Part shown: piece by piece, positions 60,190 to 64,000 of the stretch
How positions within the stretch are numbered: the first letter of the stretch is position 1
How the letters are laid out: the number at the start of each line of letters is the position of its first letter
Origin: Gammaproteobacteria bacterium
Lineage (GTDB): Bacteria > Pseudomonadota > Gammaproteobacteria > UBA4575
Reading direction: 5' to 3'
Assembly: GCA_965222615.1 (NCBI GenBank)
Contig: CBDCUI010000008.1
Location: 928,001 to 992,000, forward strand
DNA length: 64,000 nucleotides
Position numbers and translations under genes: made by a program
The notes under the pieces: generated by a model
What the model was told of the DNA's origin: nothing
Databases searched by the model: none
The model's input: the letters and a program-made list of their open reading frames with translations, nothing else

Positions 60190-62745
60190 TTAGAGAAGAT
60201 TTCTTAGTTTATATAGTATTTCTAATGATTCTTTTGGGCTTAGTTCATCAGGATTGACTTCTTCTAAATATTCAATAGCTGCATGTTTTGCGCTTTCTTC
60301 CAAGCCTAAGCCTAATTGTACTTCTTGTGTATTACTTGAATTCGCGTTAGTTGATAGTTCAAGTTGCTTTAATTTCAATTTTGCACTTGCAATGACTGAT
60401 TTAGGAATGCCAGCAAGTTGAGCAACTTGTAATCCATAGCTTTGATTTGCAGGGCCTTCCTTCACGGCGTGTAAGAAAACAATATGATCATTATGTTCAA
60501 TCGCATCAATATGTACATTATGAATATTTGCATAATGTTCAGGTAAACAGGTCAGCTCAAAATAGTGAGTAGCGAACAGAGTGAAAGATTGAGTAATCGT
60601 GCTTAAGTGCTCTGCACAAGACCAGGCGAGCGATAGGCCATCATAGGTACTAGTCCCTCGACCAATTTCGTCCATAAGCACCAGGCTTTGATCGGTAGCG
60701 TTATTGAGAATATTGGCGGCTTCGGTCATTTCTACCATGAATGTGGAACGACCCGAACTCAAATCATCCGATGCGCCAATACGTGTGTAGATGGCATCTA
60801 TTGGACCAAGCGTTGCTGCTTCAGCGGGCACATAGCAGCCAGTGTAAGCCAGCCATGTAATTAAGGCGATTTGGCGCATATAAGTTGATTTTCCACCCAT
60901 ATTGGGACCAGTAATCAATAACATTTTTCGTTGTTTATCAAGAATCACATCATTTGCAGTAAAGGCTTCTTCTTGTACTTGCTCGATTACAGGGTGTCGA
61001 CCTTGTTTGATATCAATGCGTGCTTGCTCGATAAATTTTGGTCGTGCGTAATTTAAAGTTTTTACACGTTCGGCAAGAGTCGCTAAAGCATCTAGTTGCG
61101 CAAGTCCTTGTGAACAGTGTTGTATAGTTGTTAATTCTTCTAGTAGTAATTTTAATAGCTGTTCATAGAGAAATTTTTCTCGTTTTAATGCACGCTCTTT
61201 TGCACTGAGCACTTCGTCTTCAAATTTTTTCAGCTCAGGTGTGATAAAGCGTTCAGCATTTTTTAGAGTTTGTCTGCGTATATAATGTTCAGGTGCTTGG
61301 TTTGCTTGACCGCGTGATATTTCAATGTAATAACCATGTACACGGTTGAATGCGACTTTAAGTGACGAAATTTTTGTAGCAGTTTTTTCACGTTGTTCTA
61401 ATTCTATAAGGAATTGATTTGCATTTTTGCTTAAATTGCGTAGCTGATCTAATTCTTTGTCATAACCAGTTTTTATTACTCCGCCATCACGAATCAATGC
61501 GGGTGGTTTATCTGTGATTGCCTTTGCAAGTAAAGAGGCAAGATTGTCATGCATAGTTATTAATTCACTACACTCGAGTAATAATTCGCTTTTATATTTC
61601 GTTAATTCTGATTTGATCGATGGGATGATGTGTATGGTTTTACGTAGTGCATCTAAATCTCTAGGTTGAGCAGTTTGTAATGCAATACGACTGCGGATTC
61701 GCTCTATATCATTGATCTCTGAAAGTAAACTGTGAAGCTCCATATATTCATTGGCATGAATGAGCTCTTCAATGGCGGCATGTCTTTTTTCGAGAGTCGG
61801 TAGATTTCTTGTCGGCTGATTGATCCAAGCGCGTAAACATCTTGCACCCATCGCAGAAGCGGTTTTATCGAGCACACCGATCAGGCTTTGTTTAGTATTG
61901 CCATACGTTGATTTTTCAATTTCAAGGTTACTACGTGAAATGCTATCAATTAATAAAAATTCGTTTTTTTGTAGAACTTGCAAACCATCGATATGAGGTA
62001 GGGCAGCTTTTTGTGTATCTTTAACATATTGGAGTACGGCTCCGGCGGCACAGACCGCTAATGGATGATTTTGACAACCGTAACCACTCAAGTCTTTTGT
62101 TCCGAATTGTGCACATAGAGTTTTATTTGCACTTGCATACTCAAAATGCCAGGGAGTCAGATTTTTCAACGCATATTGCTCATGTAGAGCAAATTGAGTT
62201 TCTTCGTTGATAAGTACTTCAGCTGGTTGAATACGTTCCATCTCGCTGCGAAATTCTTCTGATGAATTGCATGTTTGTAAAATGAAACGACCAGAGCTTA
62301 TGTCCAGATAGGCAAGTCCTATTTTTTCGTCAGCAGAGTGTATGGCTAATAAGTAATTTTCTTTACTACGCTGTAACAGTTCGTCTTCAATGACTGTACC
62401 TGGTGTCACGACTCTTGTTACTTTCCGTTCAACCAGACCCTTGCTAGTCGCTGGATCACCAATTTGGTCACATATGGCAACCGATTCACCCAGTCGCAAC
62501 AACTTGGCTAAATAGTTCTCAGTGGCATGTACCGGAACTCCAGCCATAGGAATTTCATCTTCACTATTTTTATTACGCGAAGTGAGAGTTAAATCTAATA
62601 GCTTAGCTGCACGTTTGGCATCTTCATAAAACAGCTCAAAAAAATCACCCATACGGTAAAACAACAACATATCTGGATATTTCGCTTTGATGCTCAAGTA
62701 CTGTTGCATCATTGGGGTGTGTTTTATTGGAGGTCGTGCGATCAT
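60190..62745 (-). CDS. mutS: DNA mismatch repair protein MutS
   Basis: [41 protein letters not shown]. Confidence 0.97.
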   Translation of the reverse strand: MIARPPIKHTPMMQQYLSIKAKYPDMLLFYRMGDFFELFYEDAKRAAKLLDLTLTSRNKNSEDEIPMAGVPVHATENYLAKLLRLGESVAICDQIGDPATSKGLVERKVTRVVTPGTVIEDELLQRSKENYLLAIHSADEKIGLAYLDISSGRFILQTCNSSEEFRSEMERIQPAEVLINEETQFALHEQYALKNLTPWHFEYASANKTLCAQFGTKDLSGYGCQNHPLAVCAAGAVLQYVKDTQKAALPHIDGLQVLQKNEFLLIDSISRSNLEIEKSTYGNTKQSLIGVLDKTASAMGARCLRAWINQPTRNLPTLEKRHAAIEELIHANEYMELHSLLSEINDIERIRSRIALQTAQPRDLDALRKTIHIIPSIKSELTKYKSELLLECSELITMHDNLASLLAKAITDKPPALIRDGGVIKTGYDKELDQLRNLSKNANQFLIELEQREKTATKISSLKVAFNRVHGYYIEISRGQANQAPEHYIRRQTLKNAERFITPELKKFEDEVLSAKERALKREKFLYEQLLKLLLEELTTIQHCSQGLAQLDALATLAERVKTLNYARPKFIEQARIDIKQGRHPVIEQVQEEAFTANDVILDKQRKMLLITGPNMGGKSTYMRQIALITWLAYTGCYVPAEAATLGPIDAIYTRIGASDDLSSGRSTFMVEMTEAANILNNATDQSLVLMDEIGRGTSTYDGLSLAWSCAEHLSTITQSFTLFATHYFELTCLPEHYANIHNVHIDAIEHNDHIVFLHAVKEGPANQSYGLQVAQLAGIPKSVIASAKLKLKQLELSTNANSSNTQEVQLGLGLEESAKHAAIEYLEEVNPDELSPKESLEILYKLRNLL

Positions 62746-62799
62746 GGCATCAGTCTAGCGAAGAAAAAAAAATTAGCTATTAGAAAATTATCAAGCTTA

Positions 62800-63297
62800 A
62801 TGTCGAAGCAAGTTTCTACAAGCATTCAAGATGGAATTCATTTGCTTGCGCAGCGGATGGTCGAGAAACAGATTAAATTATGTGCTGCAGAGTCTTGTAC
62901 GGGTGGAATGCTGTCACAGTGGTTGACCACAGTGGAAGGTAGTTCGAAGTGGTTTGAATGTGGCTTTGTTACGTATAGTAATGCCTCAAAAATAAAGTTA
63001 TTAGGAGTACAATCTAAAGTATTGGATGAGCATGGGGCAGTAAGCCGTGAAGTTGCTGAGCAAATGAGTTTGGGTGCACTCAATAACAGTAAGGCCGATA
63101 TTTCTGTATCTATTACTGGAATTGCAGGACCAGGGGGTGGTAGTGAAGTAAAACCAGTGGGTACCGTTTATATCGCAACGGCTACGTTGAATCATGATGT
63201 GCATGTGGTCCACTATCAATTTGCAGGTAATCGCGATGAGATTCGTCTACAAACTACACATAGTGCTATACAGCAATTGATCGATTGTCTAGATTAA
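62800..63297 (+). CDS. pncC: CinA C-terminal domain / NMN deamidase PncC
   Basis: AESCTGG, GFVTYSN, GAVS, ITGIAGPGGG, KPVG. Confidence 0.9.
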   Translation: MSKQVSTSIQDGIHLLAQRMVEKQIKLCAAESCTGGMLSQWLTTVEGSSKWFECGFVTYSNASKIKLLGVQSKVLDEHGAVSREVAEQMSLGALNNSKADISVSITGIAGPGGGSEVKPVGTVYIATATLNHDVHVVHYQFAGNRDEIRLQTTHSAIQQLIDCLD

Positions 63298-63303
63298 TAA
63301 TAC

Positions 63304-63831
63304 ATGAGTAAAAAGCGATTATTTTTTGGTTTGATGCCGGAAGAGGGTATTCGTGATCAATTAGTAGAAGCAGCTAAATCTTTTGCAATCGTAAAAGGCG
63401 TACGACCGACCTCTAAAGATAATTTACATATTACATTATTGTTTTTAGGTGATGTAGAAGAAAATGCTCGTAAGTATTTAGAAAAAAAGGTAGTTCAGAC
63501 TTATATTCAGTCATTCACGATTCGACTAGATCTATACGGATACTTTAAACGTTCACAAATAATATGGATTGGATGTTCATCTTATCCTAGCGAATTAACT
63601 AGATTAGTTAACCATCTAAAATCTATAGGGGTTCAATGTGGGGTAGATTTTGATGATCGCCCACACAAACCTCATGTGACTTTATTTAGAAAAGTTCTTA
63701 GAGCAGATTTTCCGACTAAACCGATCTCAATCATTTGGAAGGTACACGAGTTTCATCTTATGGAATCTGTTTTAGAGGGAAATACAACACGTTATGATAA
63801 AATTGGGACTTATCGTTTGATGGACGAGTAG
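63304..63831 (+). CDS. thpR: RNA 2',3'-cyclic phosphodiesterase
   Basis: RLFF and two HxT motifs (HITL, HVTL). Confidence 0.9.
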   Translation: MSKKRLFFGLMPEEGIRDQLVEAAKSFAIVKGVRPTSKDNLHITLLFLGDVEENARKYLEKKVVQTYIQSFTIRLDLYGYFKRSQIIWIGCSSYPSELTRLVNHLKSIGVQCGVDFDDRPHKPHVTLFRKVLRADFPTKPISIIWKVHEFHLMESVLEGNTTRYDKIGTYRLMDE

Positions 63832-63921
63832 CACAATGATCTGCAATCGTAAATATTATGTAGTTTAATATGTGTGATAATTCCACATTACAAATTAATT
63901 CCAACAAAATAGAGGTGAACA

Positions 63922-64000
63922 GTGGACGAGAATCGTAAAAAGGCGCTTGCAGCCGCATTAGGTCAGATAGAAAGACAGTTTGGTAAAGGTGCGGTAATGC
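63922..64000 (+). CDS. recA: RecA, 5' end (partial)
   Basis: GTG start, MDENRKKALAAALGQIERQFGKGAVM; GAGG RBS. Confidence 0.95.
   Translation, partial: MDENRKKALAAALGQIERQFGKGAVM

Noticed and set aside
63832-63921. LexA box upstream of recA
   Set aside because: No CTGT-N8-ACAG match is visible in the spacer.

Overview
AT-rich (about 37-40% GC by eye) gammaproteobacterial chromosomal window. (1) 1-17230: reduced-nitrogen/amide scavenging cluster. It has the 3' end of ureG, a nitrilase-family hydrolase, an urtABCDE-type ABC transporter, a frameshifted UT/Yut urea channel, amiC-amiR-amiE, a CbbQ/CbbO-type AAA+/vWA pair and acs. Three two-hairpin ANTAR-type attenuators are visible: two in tandem before urtA and one before amiE. 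The best candidate for an undescribed system is the Rubisco-activase-like CbbQO pair directly behind an aliphatic amidase that ends in -HR, the C-terminal tag recalled for CbbQO-client Rubiscos. (2) 18013-35468: housekeeping genes (bepA, tusA, ilvH, ilvC, degenerate psd, pssA, Leu leader plus leuA, udg, rimI, prfC, cmoAB), ERIC-like and REP-like repeats, and an accessory insert carrying an AbiE-type TA pair. (3) 35893-54587: a hybrid type IV filament (T2SS/T4P-like) locus with two near-identical major pilin genes, an embedded kinase/regulator/EAL module, a STAS-MshEN-fused assembly ATPase and acidic minor pilins. (4) 55046-64000: DUF2970, GDSL esterase, addB-like gene, fdxA, epimerase, mutS, pncC, thpR and the 5' end of recA. 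No tRNA, rRNA, CRISPR array, transposase or integrase was recognised. All assignments come from motif recognition by eye; no searches were run.
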